In this document: in pieces, positions 21,853-30,032 of the stretch | Numbering within the stretch: the first letter of the stretch is position 1 | Layout: every line of letters starts with the position of its first letter | Source of the DNA: Candidatus Lindowbacteria bacterium RIFCSPLOWO2_12_FULL_62_27 | Lineage (GTDB): Bacteria; Lindowbacteria; 2-12-FULL-62-27 | Length of the DNA stretch: 64,000 nucleotides | Direction of reading: 5' to 3' | Assembly: GCA_001784175.1 (NCBI GenBank) | Contig: MFPR01000020.1 | Span: forward strand, 1-64,000 | Program-made: the position numbers and the translations under genes | The notes under the pieces: generated by a model | Databases searched by the model: none | The model's input: only the letters and a program-made list of their open reading frames with translations | What the model was told of the DNA's origin: nothing

Positions 21853-22967
21853 GCGATGCGCATGGGCATGATGACGTGGAGATGCGAGTTGTCGTCCGGC
21901 GTGCGGAACACGCACGGATTTTTGGGCGTGATAACCCTGACCTGTACCTCCGGAGTCTCGATCTGGGAGATGGCATCCAGGCAGTAATTGACGTTGAAAG
22001 CCAGCTCCATGGGGCTGCCGGAGTATTTCAAGCCGAGGGTCGCGTCGCCGCTGCCGCGGTCCTGGGAGGCCGCGGATATTTTCAGGGAGTTCGGCTCCAG
22101 CTTGAAGAGCACCCGGGGATTCTGGACGTCGGTGAAAACCGACACCAGCCGGAGGGCTTGCGTCAGTTCCGTCACGTCGACCAGGAAATTGGTTTCGAAT
22201 TCCTTCGGGATCACCTGCGCATAATTCGGAAATTTTTCCGCAATGAGCTGGGTCTGCAGCGTCAACCCGTCCATGGAAAACAGGGCCACGCGCTCGGTGA
22301 ACGTCAGAGACACGGACGAGTCGTCGTCCGGGAGGCACCGGATCAGTTCCTGGCAGCTCCGGATCGGCACAAGAAACTCGCGCTTCTGGAATTTGCCGTC
22401 GACGCCGATCCGCACAAACGCCAGGCGGTGACTGTCGGTCGAAACCAGTTTGAGGTCCGCGCCCTCGAGATCAAAGAGAACCCCCGTCAAATACCGCCGG
22501 CTGTCCTCCACCGCCGCGGCCACCACGGTGCGTTTGAGACCTCCCAGAAGCTCTTTGGCGGACACGGAGAGCTTGACCTCGCCCTCGAGTTTCGCGGCTT
22601 TGGGGAAATCATCCTTCGACAGCACCGGAATACTGCCGGAAAATTTCTGTTTTCCCACCGCCGTCACATGGATCTGTCCCTTTTGAATGTCGCCGGACAG
22701 CACGAGCGACGCCTCGGGATCGGCGAGACGACTGACGAGATCGCCGAGCGTTTTGGCAGGAATGGCCACATCGGCCTTGTCGGCCACCGCGGAATTCAAA
22801 GCGACCGTGATGCGAAGATCCAGGTTGGTCCCGGTCAGGCGGCTCTTGCCGTCCCGGGCCTCCAAGAGAAGGTTCGTGAGAATCGGCAGAGGTGTCTGTT
22901 CGTCGACCGCACCACGAACTTTTTGCAGGGCATGCGCAAGGGACTCTTTGGTAAACTGGGCTTTCAT
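21849..22967 (-). CDS. dnaN: DNA polymerase III beta sliding clamp
   Basis: LPILTNLLL, STDSHRLA, FPNYAQVIP and VIMPMR motifs; located downstream of dnaA. Confidence 0.95.
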   Translation of the reverse strand: MKAQFTKESLAHALQKVRGAVDEQTPLPILTNLLLEARDGKSRLTGTNLDLRITVALNSAVADKADVAIPAKTLGDLVSRLADPEASLVLSGDIQKGQIHVTAVGKQKFSGSIPVLSKDDFPKAAKLEGEVKLSVSAKELLGGLKRTVVAAAVEDSRRYLTGVLFDLEGADLKLVSTDSHRLAFVRIGVDGKFQKREFLVPIRSCQELIRCLPDDDSSVSLTFTERVALFSMDGLTLQTQLIAEKFPNYAQVIPKEFETNFLVDVTELTQALRLVSVFTDVQNPRVLFKLEPNSLKISAASQDRGSGDATLGLKYSGSPMELAFNVNYCLDAISQIETPEVQVRVITPKNPCVFRTPDDNSHLHVIMPMRIA

Positions 22968-22978
22968 CGGTTATCTCC

Positions 22979-23053
22979 TTTTATATATATAATAATAGTG
23001 TTTTTAATAATTATAAACACTATTATTATTATGTCCCGTGGATATGTGGGAAA
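22979..23053. other. oriC unwinding region between dnaA and dnaN
   Basis: Almost pure A/T tract with TAT trinucleotide repeats next to two degenerate DnaA boxes (CGTGGATAT 23037-23045, TGTGGGAAA 23045-23053). Confidence 0.8.
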
Positions 23054-23177
23054 CCGTAAAACCTTCTGAACGCCAGCGCAAAGCCGAAATCAGTTCCTGT
23101 GGGCCGTTGCGCACAGAATCCTCAATTCACACGACGTGTGCAAAACGGGCCACCGTGCGTCGACACCCTCTGCACCA

Positions 23178-24524
23178 TCAGTGCACACCCAGTTCTTTCA
23201 TGAGATTGTCCAGCGTTCTCATCGTCTGCGGATTCTGGGCCGCTTCCGCTTCGATCTTCTCCACCGCGTGGATCACCGTGGTGTGGTCGCGGTCACCGAA
23301 GGCGTCTCCGATCGACTGGAGTGAGTAGTCGGTGAGCTTGCGGATCAGATACATGGCCATCATGCGGGGATAGGCGATGTTGTGCGTGCGGCGCTTGGAT
23401 TTCAGCTCGTCCACCGAGACCTTGAAATATCCCGAGATGCAGCCGGTGATGCCGTCCGGCGTGAGGATGTTTCTGCGCCGGACCACAATGTCCCGCAGCA
23501 TTTCGCGGGCGAGATCCAGCGTCATCTCCTGTTTCATGATCCTGCTGCGCGCGGCCACGCGCGTGAGAGACCCTTCGAGTTCCCGGATATTGGTGCGGAC
23601 ATTTTCCGCGATGAATTCGAGGACATCCTTTCGAACCGGCAGATTCTCCCGCTGGGCCTTGTCCATGAGAATGGCGACGCGCGTTTCATAATCGGGCGGC
23701 TGAATGTCGGCCGTGAGGCCCCACTCAAACCGGCTCCGTAGCCGCTCCTCGATGTCGAGAATGTCCTTCGGCGGCCGGTCGGAGGAGAGGACGATGTGTT
23801 TGCGCGCGCTGTGAAGTTCATTAAAGGTATGGAAAATTTCTTCCTGGATGGCGTCCTTGCCTGAGATGAAATGGACATCGTCCAGTAGAAGGATGTCCAT
23901 GTTCCGGTACTTGTATCGAAAGGCCGTGGTGCTCCTGCCGCGGACCGCCGCGACGTATTCGTTCGTGAATTGCTCCGACGTGATGTAGCACACCACGGCC
24001 TGGGGCGACCGGCGCTTGATGAAATGCCCGATGGCGTGCATCAGGTGCGTCTTGCCCAGACCCACGCCGCCATAGAGGAAAAGCGGATTGTAAATTTCGC
24101 CGGGCGATTCGGAAACCGCGAGGGCGGCGGCGTGCGCGAAATTGTTGCTCTTGCCGACGACAAACCGGTCGAAGGTGTATTTGTGATTGAGGTTGCTGCC
24201 GGTGAAACTGAACTCGAGGTTGGCCGGCGTTTCCTCCTGCGGTCCGGTTTCCTCCTCCGCCACAGGTCCTGCGGACATGGACCGGTTCACGCGGATGTCG
24301 ACTTTCACGGCGGCCCCGGCCAGTTCGCTCAGCGTATCGGAAATTTTCGGAATGAATTCCGCCAGCCGTTTCCGGTAGATCGCGCTGGGAACCTCCAGCA
24401 CGTAGTGGGAATCAGAATCGGATTTGAACTCTGTGTTCTTGACCCAGATGTCAAACAGATGCTCCGGGATGTGAGTGCGCAGTACGCCCAAAAGCTTATC
24501 CTGCTCAATTAGATGCGTCGGCAT
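23178..24524 (-). CDS. dnaA: chromosomal replication initiator DnaA
   Basis: [41 protein letters not shown] and [10 protein letters not shown] motifs. Confidence 0.98.
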   Translation of the reverse strand: MPTHLIEQDKLLGVLRTHIPEHLFDIWVKNTEFKSDSDSHYVLEVPSAIYRKRLAEFIPKISDTLSELAGAAVKVDIRVNRSMSAGPVAEEETGPQEETPANLEFSFTGSNLNHKYTFDRFVVGKSNNFAHAAALAVSESPGEIYNPLFLYGGVGLGKTHLMHAIGHFIKRRSPQAVVCYITSEQFTNEYVAAVRGRSTTAFRYKYRNMDILLLDDVHFISGKDAIQEEIFHTFNELHSARKHIVLSSDRPPKDILDIEERLRSRFEWGLTADIQPPDYETRVAILMDKAQRENLPVRKDVLEFIAENVRTNIRELEGSLTRVAARSRIMKQEMTLDLAREMLRDIVVRRRNILTPDGITGCISGYFKVSVDELKSKRRTHNIAYPRMMAMYLIRKLTDYSLQSIGDAFGDRDHTTVIHAVEKIEAEAAQNPQTMRTLDNLMKELGVH

Positions 24525-24557
24525 TATTTCCCCTCTTTCCTTGCAGATAAACCCCGT

Positions 24558-24712
24558 TTATCCACACTTTCAACGATAATTTCCACAATCTATCCCAACC
24601 CTTTTTCCAGCGGTTATCCACAGTTTATACACCCAATGATGCACATATTCTACACACTGAAACATAAGCACTTATGATATTGGGTTCTTATACCAGCGCG
24701 AGGTTTTCCACG
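24558..24712. promoter_or_regulatory. DnaA-box cluster upstream of dnaA (second part of oriC and autoregulation site)
   Basis: Perfect TTATCCACA at 24558-24566 and 24614-24622; near matches ATTTCCACA 24579, TTATACACC 24625 and TTTTCCACG 24704, all in an AT-rich intergenic region. Confidence 0.85.
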
Positions 24713-24769
24713 CAAGTGTTTTTTTGAAATTCTCGGCATTTTCTCAACAACAAATTAGATTTCACTTGT

Positions 24770-25969
24770 TTATGTCGCGCCCAGCGCTTCCATCGGCTCC
24801 GTCAGAAGCGTGAGGACCGCCGTGTGATTCAGAATGGCCGAACGAACTTTTCGTCCGTCCCAGTGAATCGGGCCGATTTCGGCGAACCCGAAAAGGCCGG
24901 CGACGGGAAGTTCCGGGAAGAACTCGCGATAGGCGTCGAGATCGACATGAGGCCGGCCGTAAAGGGACAGTCCGCGCGCGCAGCAGTTGAAGATCACCGT
25001 CGCTCGTGGCGCCCGGCCGCTGAGGCCGCCGCTCAATCGTTCCAGCATCTGCCGGAACGTGCGCCTCGACCCTCTGGCGCTCCGGACGCCGAAACAGATG
25101 AATTGTCCTGCGCGGACCGGTTCCGCGACGGAGACATGCTGGGTGGCCAGCTCGACAGCGAGAATGCTTCGCACGATATATCGGCCTGCGATGTAATCCT
25201 TGAGGGAATCCGCGAGCGCGCAGAAGATGTCGATGCGGTCCTGCTGTGGGTGGGCTTTCCGCTGTTCCTGGACGAACGCCGCGAGGACGTCGGCGGCCGG
25301 TTCGTGGTCGATCTGCGCGATCCGGTTGTCCGATGCGCTCGTGATCGGCCGCGGCTCGGATTCTGGAAGGACGGCGTGGGCGACCCCGATGGAAGCCTCG
25401 ACGCAGCCGGCGAGGTGCAGTGCGGCGCAACCGTGGTGGGAGGATTCGCCGTCGGCCGCGATCGTGGCCACCTGGCTTTCGGCGGACCACCCGGCGGCGG
25501 CGCCGACGACGGGTGTTTCGGGAAAGGCGTGGGCCATGCGGGAAAGAAACCCGGGATGCAGGCTTCGCGGGTCCGCCGTCAGGAACAGGACGCCGCGTTC
25601 CCGATAGAGACTCGGCAGTTCCCCCCGCAGGTGCTGGACGGCGTCGGACCGCAGATCGGGCGCCATGGCGGCCCCCGCGGTGACGCGGTCGGAGGACATC
25701 AGGAGGATCGACAGGCCCGGCTCGCTTTCGACCTCGCCCCGCGGACCGATGATGCCGGCGCCGGTCGCGCCGAAGAGCGCCCGGATATGAATCTTGCTTC
25801 GAAGAAAATCCAGGATTTCCTGAAAGGATTTCGAATGATGGCTTGTGCCGAAGACCCACGCGGCGGTCGCCGCCGGTTCAGGCAAGGGCTGGACCGCCTC
25901 GCCGAGGGCCTCGGCCGCCGCCGCCTTCGAATCCGGGTTCAAACTCATGCCTGCGCCGGTGTGGATCAT
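24770..25969 (-). CDS. FIST domain (N and C) signal-transduction protein
   Basis: LFGATGAGII, ITSASDNRIAQID, YIVRSIL, FNCCARG, GLFGFAEIGP and NHTAV motifs. Confidence 0.88.
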   Translation of the reverse strand: MIHTGAGMSLNPDSKAAAAEALGEAVQPLPEPAATAAWVFGTSHHSKSFQEILDFLRSKIHIRALFGATGAGIIGPRGEVESEPGLSILLMSSDRVTAGAAMAPDLRSDAVQHLRGELPSLYRERGVLFLTADPRSLHPGFLSRMAHAFPETPVVGAAAGWSAESQVATIAADGESSHHGCAALHLAGCVEASIGVAHAVLPESEPRPITSASDNRIAQIDHEPAADVLAAFVQEQRKAHPQQDRIDIFCALADSLKDYIAGRYIVRSILAVELATQHVSVAEPVRAGQFICFGVRSARGSRRTFRQMLERLSGGLSGRAPRATVIFNCCARGLSLYGRPHVDLDAYREFFPELPVAGLFGFAEIGPIHWDGRKVRSAILNHTAVLTLLTEPMEALGAT

Positions 25970-26023
25970 GCGAGGATTATAGCAGAAATAAAGACGGCGC
26001 CGGCGGTAGATGAGGCGTTGCTG

Positions 26024-27598
26024 TCACTTTGGGACATTTCCCTTGAGCGCCATCAAAATGGATGTGCGCAGGCGCCCGAATTCGTCGTCCGACATGACCG
26101 GCGCCGCGCCGTCAAGGGAGATTTCCTCCTGCATATGGATCCAGTTGCGCCCTCTCATCTTCGGCACGTGAATGAGGGCGGGCAGGCGATAGACGCGCAG
26201 GACGGAGGCATACATCGGATTGCGGTACTTGCGGGACTCGCTTAACGCAAAGTCCACCGTGTAGGGCATGAAGGGTCCGATTCGGACGATTTCTTCCGGA
26301 CCCACTTCGACGTTTTCAACGGAGAGCGCCACATATCGAATCGGCACCCGATCGCCGGTCCACGCCGGAACGCGCGGCGCCACCTCCGGCTTGAGCGCAT
26401 CGTCGGCCAAACCGTCCCGGTGCGGCACCAGCAGGAACGCCTTCCCGGTCTTGATGCCGCCGGCGACGGCACGCAGACTGAGCGCGGTTCGGCCCCCGCC
26501 GAACGACTCGACCATGCGGTGATCGAAGAGATGGCCGACGGAGGTTTTGTCGGGAAGAGTTTCGTCTTTCACCGTGCCATCCGGCGACGGTGCGGACGCA
26601 TCGTCGGATTCGACCTCGGTCCCGGTTCCACGCCCTACGAACCAGGCTCCGCCTGCGGCGAGGGCGAACAGAATCCCGGCGGCGATGAGGACGGCCTTAT
26701 TGGATTTGACGCCGGCCGGCGCGTTGGACGAAACATCCGAGCGAAGGATGTCCACCGGCGCGCCGGCCGCGCCCGACAAGTCCTCGATCACGTGAACGGC
26801 CGACCGGTATCGCTTGCACAAATCCCGCTGGAGACATTTTTGCAGGATGCTGTCAGACAGCGCCGAGAGTTTCGCGTTCAGGTTTCGCGCGGGCGGCGGC
26901 GCGTACGATGGATTCAGAATCCGGGCGATCACCACGGTCGCGGACTCGCCGTCGAAGGGCCGCCGGCCCGTCGCGATCTGGTAGCCGATCACGCCCAGGG
27001 ACCAGAGGTCCGCCGGCTCGCGCACGTCTTTCGACGACTGGATCTGTTCCGGCGCCGAATAGTGCGGCGTGCCGAGAACTTCGCCCGTCACCGTGAAGTG
27101 CGATTCGCTGACCATGGCCGAAAGACCGAAATCCGTGATCCGGATGCCGCCGTTTGGCATCACCACCACGTTGCCCTCCGTCAGATCCCTGTGCAGAATC
27201 CCCTGCTGATGAGCCGCCAGGAGCGCCCGGCAGATTTCGCCGAACATCGCGCGCCAGGTTTCGTCGTCCGGAAGTTCCGTGCGTTCGGCGAGCCAGGCCC
27301 GAAGGTTCTTGCCCTCCAGCCATTCCATCGCAAGATAATAGCGTCCGGCGTCGATGCCGAATTCGTAAACCTTGGGAATCGCTTCGTGCGACAGCGTCAT
27401 GCCGATCCGCGCCTCGCGCTTGAACCGCTCCACAAACGCCTCCTGCTTGCCGAAGGCCGCCGGCAGAAGTTTCACCGCCACCGGCTTGCCGTCCTCCGGG
27501 TCCTCCGCCCGGTACACCGAGCCCATCCCCCCCGCCGCCACCAGCGAGACGATCCGGTACCGGCCGATCCGGTCCGGGGTTGATGGGTGGGCCGTCAT
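26024..27598 (-). CDS. membrane Ser/Thr protein kinase with a C-terminal DUF1802-like domain
   Basis: AGGMGSVY, VAVK, HRDLTEGN, DFG and GTPHYSAPE; TM helix AVLIAAGILFALAAGGAWFV; C-terminal FLLVP...LRVYRLP...PVMSDDEF. Confidence 0.9.
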   Translation of the reverse strand: MTAHPSTPDRIGRYRIVSLVAAGGMGSVYRAEDPEDGKPVAVKLLPAAFGKQEAFVERFKREARIGMTLSHEAIPKVYEFGIDAGRYYLAMEWLEGKNLRAWLAERTELPDDETWRAMFGEICRALLAAHQQGILHRDLTEGNVVVMPNGGIRITDFGLSAMVSESHFTVTGEVLGTPHYSAPEQIQSSKDVREPADLWSLGVIGYQIATGRRPFDGESATVVIARILNPSYAPPPARNLNAKLSALSDSILQKCLQRDLCKRYRSAVHVIEDLSGAAGAPVDILRSDVSSNAPAGVKSNKAVLIAAGILFALAAGGAWFVGRGTGTEVESDDASAPSPDGTVKDETLPDKTSVGHLFDHRMVESFGGGRTALSLRAVAGGIKTGKAFLLVPHRDGLADDALKPEVAPRVPAWTGDRVPIRYVALSVENVEVGPEEIVRIGPFMPYTVDFALSESRKYRNPMYASVLRVYRLPALIHVPKMRGRNWIHMQEEISLDGAAPVMSDDEFGRLRTSILMALKGNVPK

Positions 27599-28350
27599 TT
27601 CAGCAGATGAAATGCGTTTTTGTAGGGCGTAAGATCGAGATCCCATTCTCCGCTCCGCAGGATTGGGCGATTCCCGGCCGACACGATGTTGACAGAGCGG
27701 GTGGCTCTCCCCCCCAGAGATGTAAACGTCTCAATGCGATCCGGCGAGAGAATATCTCCCGGAATCACGAAAATGTCCCGAGACTCTTCATCATCGACGA
27801 CCACAAAATAGGGTCCCAAGTCCGCAATCGCGCGGGCGACGATCGGACTTAAACTGATACGATGGCGGATCCCCAATGACCGAATCGTCGTGCGATACAG
27901 GTAACAGTTTCTGTCACGGACCTTATATGTCCTCGCCGATCCGGGTATTCCAGAGAGAATCCGGTCCATCTTGACATTGAACTTCGCCCCAAAGAGCAGA
28001 TCATCCTCCGACATTTCTCTCATCTTATATGCCGGGGTTTCCTGCCCGGCGTCGGAGACGCCGGCACTTGGGGCCGCGGAGCGGCTGACCCGTCCGGCGG
28101 CGATTCCGGATGCGAGGGGAATGACGAGAAGAACCCAGACGGCCGCGGGCAACCGGCGCCGCGCCACCGACATGCGCGCCAGGGCCGGGCGCCATTCCAC
28201 ATTTTTTAAATCTCCCGTGCGCCACGCGCCGCAAGACGGACAGGCTCGCCCGGATTCGGCCGCCATGTGTCCGCAGGCGGGGCAGGCAACGGCCACCCCG
28301 CTCTCGTCCGTCCGTGGACTTTGCGGGATTCCCTCCGTCCGTCCGGTCAT
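27595..28350 (-). CDS. zinc-ribbon/TM protein sharing its C-terminal domain with the upstream kinase
   Basis: CPACG...CPSCG, TM helix, and C-terminus SGEWDLDLTPYKNAFHLLK; ATGA coupling at both ends. Confidence 0.8.
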   Translation of the reverse strand: MTGRTEGIPQSPRTDESGVAVACPACGHMAAESGRACPSCGAWRTGDLKNVEWRPALARMSVARRRLPAAVWVLLVIPLASGIAAGRVSRSAAPSAGVSDAGQETPAYKMREMSEDDLLFGAKFNVKMDRILSGIPGSARTYKVRDRNCYLYRTTIRSLGIRHRISLSPIVARAIADLGPYFVVVDDEESRDIFVIPGDILSPDRIETFTSLGGRATRSVNIVSAGNRPILRSGEWDLDLTPYKNAFHLLK

Positions 28351-28412
28351 TTCAGGAGATGGAACGCATTTTTGTAGGGCGTAAGGTCGAGTTCCCATTC
28401 GCCGCTTTGCAA
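27595..28412 (-). repeat. imperfect ~65-bp direct repeat pair at 27595-27660 and 28347-28412 (paralogous C-termini)
   Basis: tcatttcagcagatgaaatgcgtttttgtagggcgtaagatcgagatcccattc versus tcatttcaggagatggaacgcatttttgtagggcgtaaggtcgagttcccattc. Confidence 0.85.
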
Positions 28413-30032
28413 GAGCGCACTCTTTCCACCAGAACGGACTGTCGCATACCTGGTAGAACTTGTAGTATTCGCCCGGACAAATTTTTCCATTGTTTCCGTC
28501 GACAAAATGTTCCCGGGGATCACAAAAACTTCATCGAGGTCATCCGTTTCGACAACCAGGAACCAAGGACCCAACTTGTCCATGAGCCGTGGGAGGGCTG
28601 GATTTAAATAGACCTTCATTCGCCTCACACGTTCTGCAGATGCGGCATACAGGTAATATTTGCCGCCCTGGACCTCATATGTTCTCGCGTGCGTACCTGT
28701 TCTTCCTCCCACGCGAATTCTCTCGATCTTGAGATTCAGCTTCGCCGCCCACGGCAACGCGTCGTCCGCCGCCTGCTTTGTTGATATGGCCGGCGCGTCC
28801 ACTTCATCCCGTTGGTCATCCTCATCTGCAAGCTGGGACTCCGGCGCGTATGCCCTTTGCCCGCCCCCCGTGACGGAGACCCACCCGATGGGCGCGCCGG
28901 CGGCGAAGGCGGCGAGGGAGGCGATGAGCGCGATGGCGACCCGGCGAAGGCTCACGAAACCGCCGCCGGGGTCCGGCGCGGGGCGGGAGGACGAAAGAGC
29001 GTAGGTGCGGCCGCCGATCTCGGCTTCGATCACTCCCCGGCGGCCGATCTTGCCGGACCGTACGACCTGGCCGACCGCCCCTCGCGGAGGCGGGTGTCCG
29101 CCCGCCGCATGATGATGGCAGGCGATCTGCGCGTGATAAAAGACTTCGCCCGGAATGTAGGCGCGGTCTGACCGGTAGGCGAACGCCTGCGGAATCGGGT
29201 CGTCAGAGTCCAGGTCTCGCAAGAGATCCGCACATGATCCGTATCGGCCGGCCGGCTCGCGGCAGAGGCACCGCATGACGATCAGATCCAGTTTCTGGGA
29301 TACGCCGTCTTTGACCTCCGACGGAAATTTGATGTGGTAGCTGGGATTGAGCAGCGTCGCGGTAATGGATGCGATGTTCCGTGCCTCATAGGGCGTCCGG
29401 CCGGCCAGGATTTCGTAGGCGATGACGCCGATCGACCAGAGGTCCGACCGGGCGTCGATGGCGGCGCGGGACTCGAACTGCTCGGGGGCCATGTAGGCGG
29501 GCGTGCCGAAGTGTTGGCCGGTCATGGTGAGGGTCGCCTCGTCGACGAGTTTGGAGATGCCGAAATCGACGAGCTTGATGCCGGTTGCGCCGTTGACGAT
29601 GACGTTTTTCGGTGAAATATCCCGGTGGATGATTCCAACGCCGTGCGCGTACGACAGAATTCCCGCAAGATCCCGGATAACCCTCACCGCCAGGTCAGGC
29701 CCGCCGGAGGGAGGGTGAGCCAGGACCCATTCGAGTGACCGGCCCTCGAGAAATTCCATGACGACGTATCGGCGGCCGTCCACCTCTCCGTCGTCGATGT
29801 GCCGGGGGATGCCGGGATGATTCAGTTTTCGCAGCGACGCGCATTCCCGCTTGAACCGCTCCCGGAACCTCTCGTTCTTCGACAGATGCTGCGGCAGAAC
29901 TTTGAGCGCCACGGGCGGGCCGCCCTGCGGGGATTCGGCCAGATATACGTTGCCCATGCCCCCGTGGCCGACCTCCCGGATGATCCTGAAAGGCCCGAAA
30001 AATTCGACGCTTGGCGCGGGAGGCGGCGTCAT
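28347..30032 (-). CDS. membrane Ser/Thr protein kinase with an uncharacterised, possibly PD-(D/E)XK-like, C-terminal domain
   Basis: GHGGMGNVY, VALK, HRDISPKN, DFG and GTPAYMAPE; TM helix VAIALIASLAAFAAGAPIGWV. Confidence 0.9.
   Translation of the reverse strand: MTPPPAPSVEFFGPFRIIREVGHGGMGNVYLAESPQGGPPVALKVLPQHLSKNERFRERFKRECASLRKLNHPGIPRHIDDGEVDGRRYVVMEFLEGRSLEWVLAHPPSGGPDLAVRVIRDLAGILSYAHGVGIIHRDISPKNVIVNGATGIKLVDFGISKLVDEATLTMTGQHFGTPAYMAPEQFESRAAIDARSDLWSIGVIAYEILAGRTPYEARNIASITATLLNPSYHIKFPSEVKDGVSQKLDLIVMRCLCREPAGRYGSCADLLRDLDSDDPIPQAFAYRSDRAYIPGEVFYHAQIACHHHAAGGHPPPRGAVGQVVRSGKIGRRGVIEAEIGGRTYALSSSRPAPDPGGGFVSLRRVAIALIASLAAFAAGAPIGWVSVTGGGQRAYAPESQLADEDDQRDEVDAPAISTKQAADDALPWAAKLNLKIERIRVGGRTGTHARTYEVQGGKYYLYAASAERVRRMKVYLNPALPRLMDKLGPWFLVVETDDLDEVFVIPGNILSTETMEKFVRANTTSSTRYATVRSGGKSALLQSGEWELDLTPYKNAFHLLK

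Noticed and set aside
21853-22338. N-terminal extension of recF
   Set aside because: It overlaps dnaN in another frame; RecF homology starts near 21840.
27595-28412. 65-bp repeat pair as att sites, CRISPR repeats or a DGR template/variable pair
   Set aside because: There are only two copies, both coding. The differences are mostly synonymous and not adenine-specific, and no integrase, cas or reverse transcriptase gene is present.
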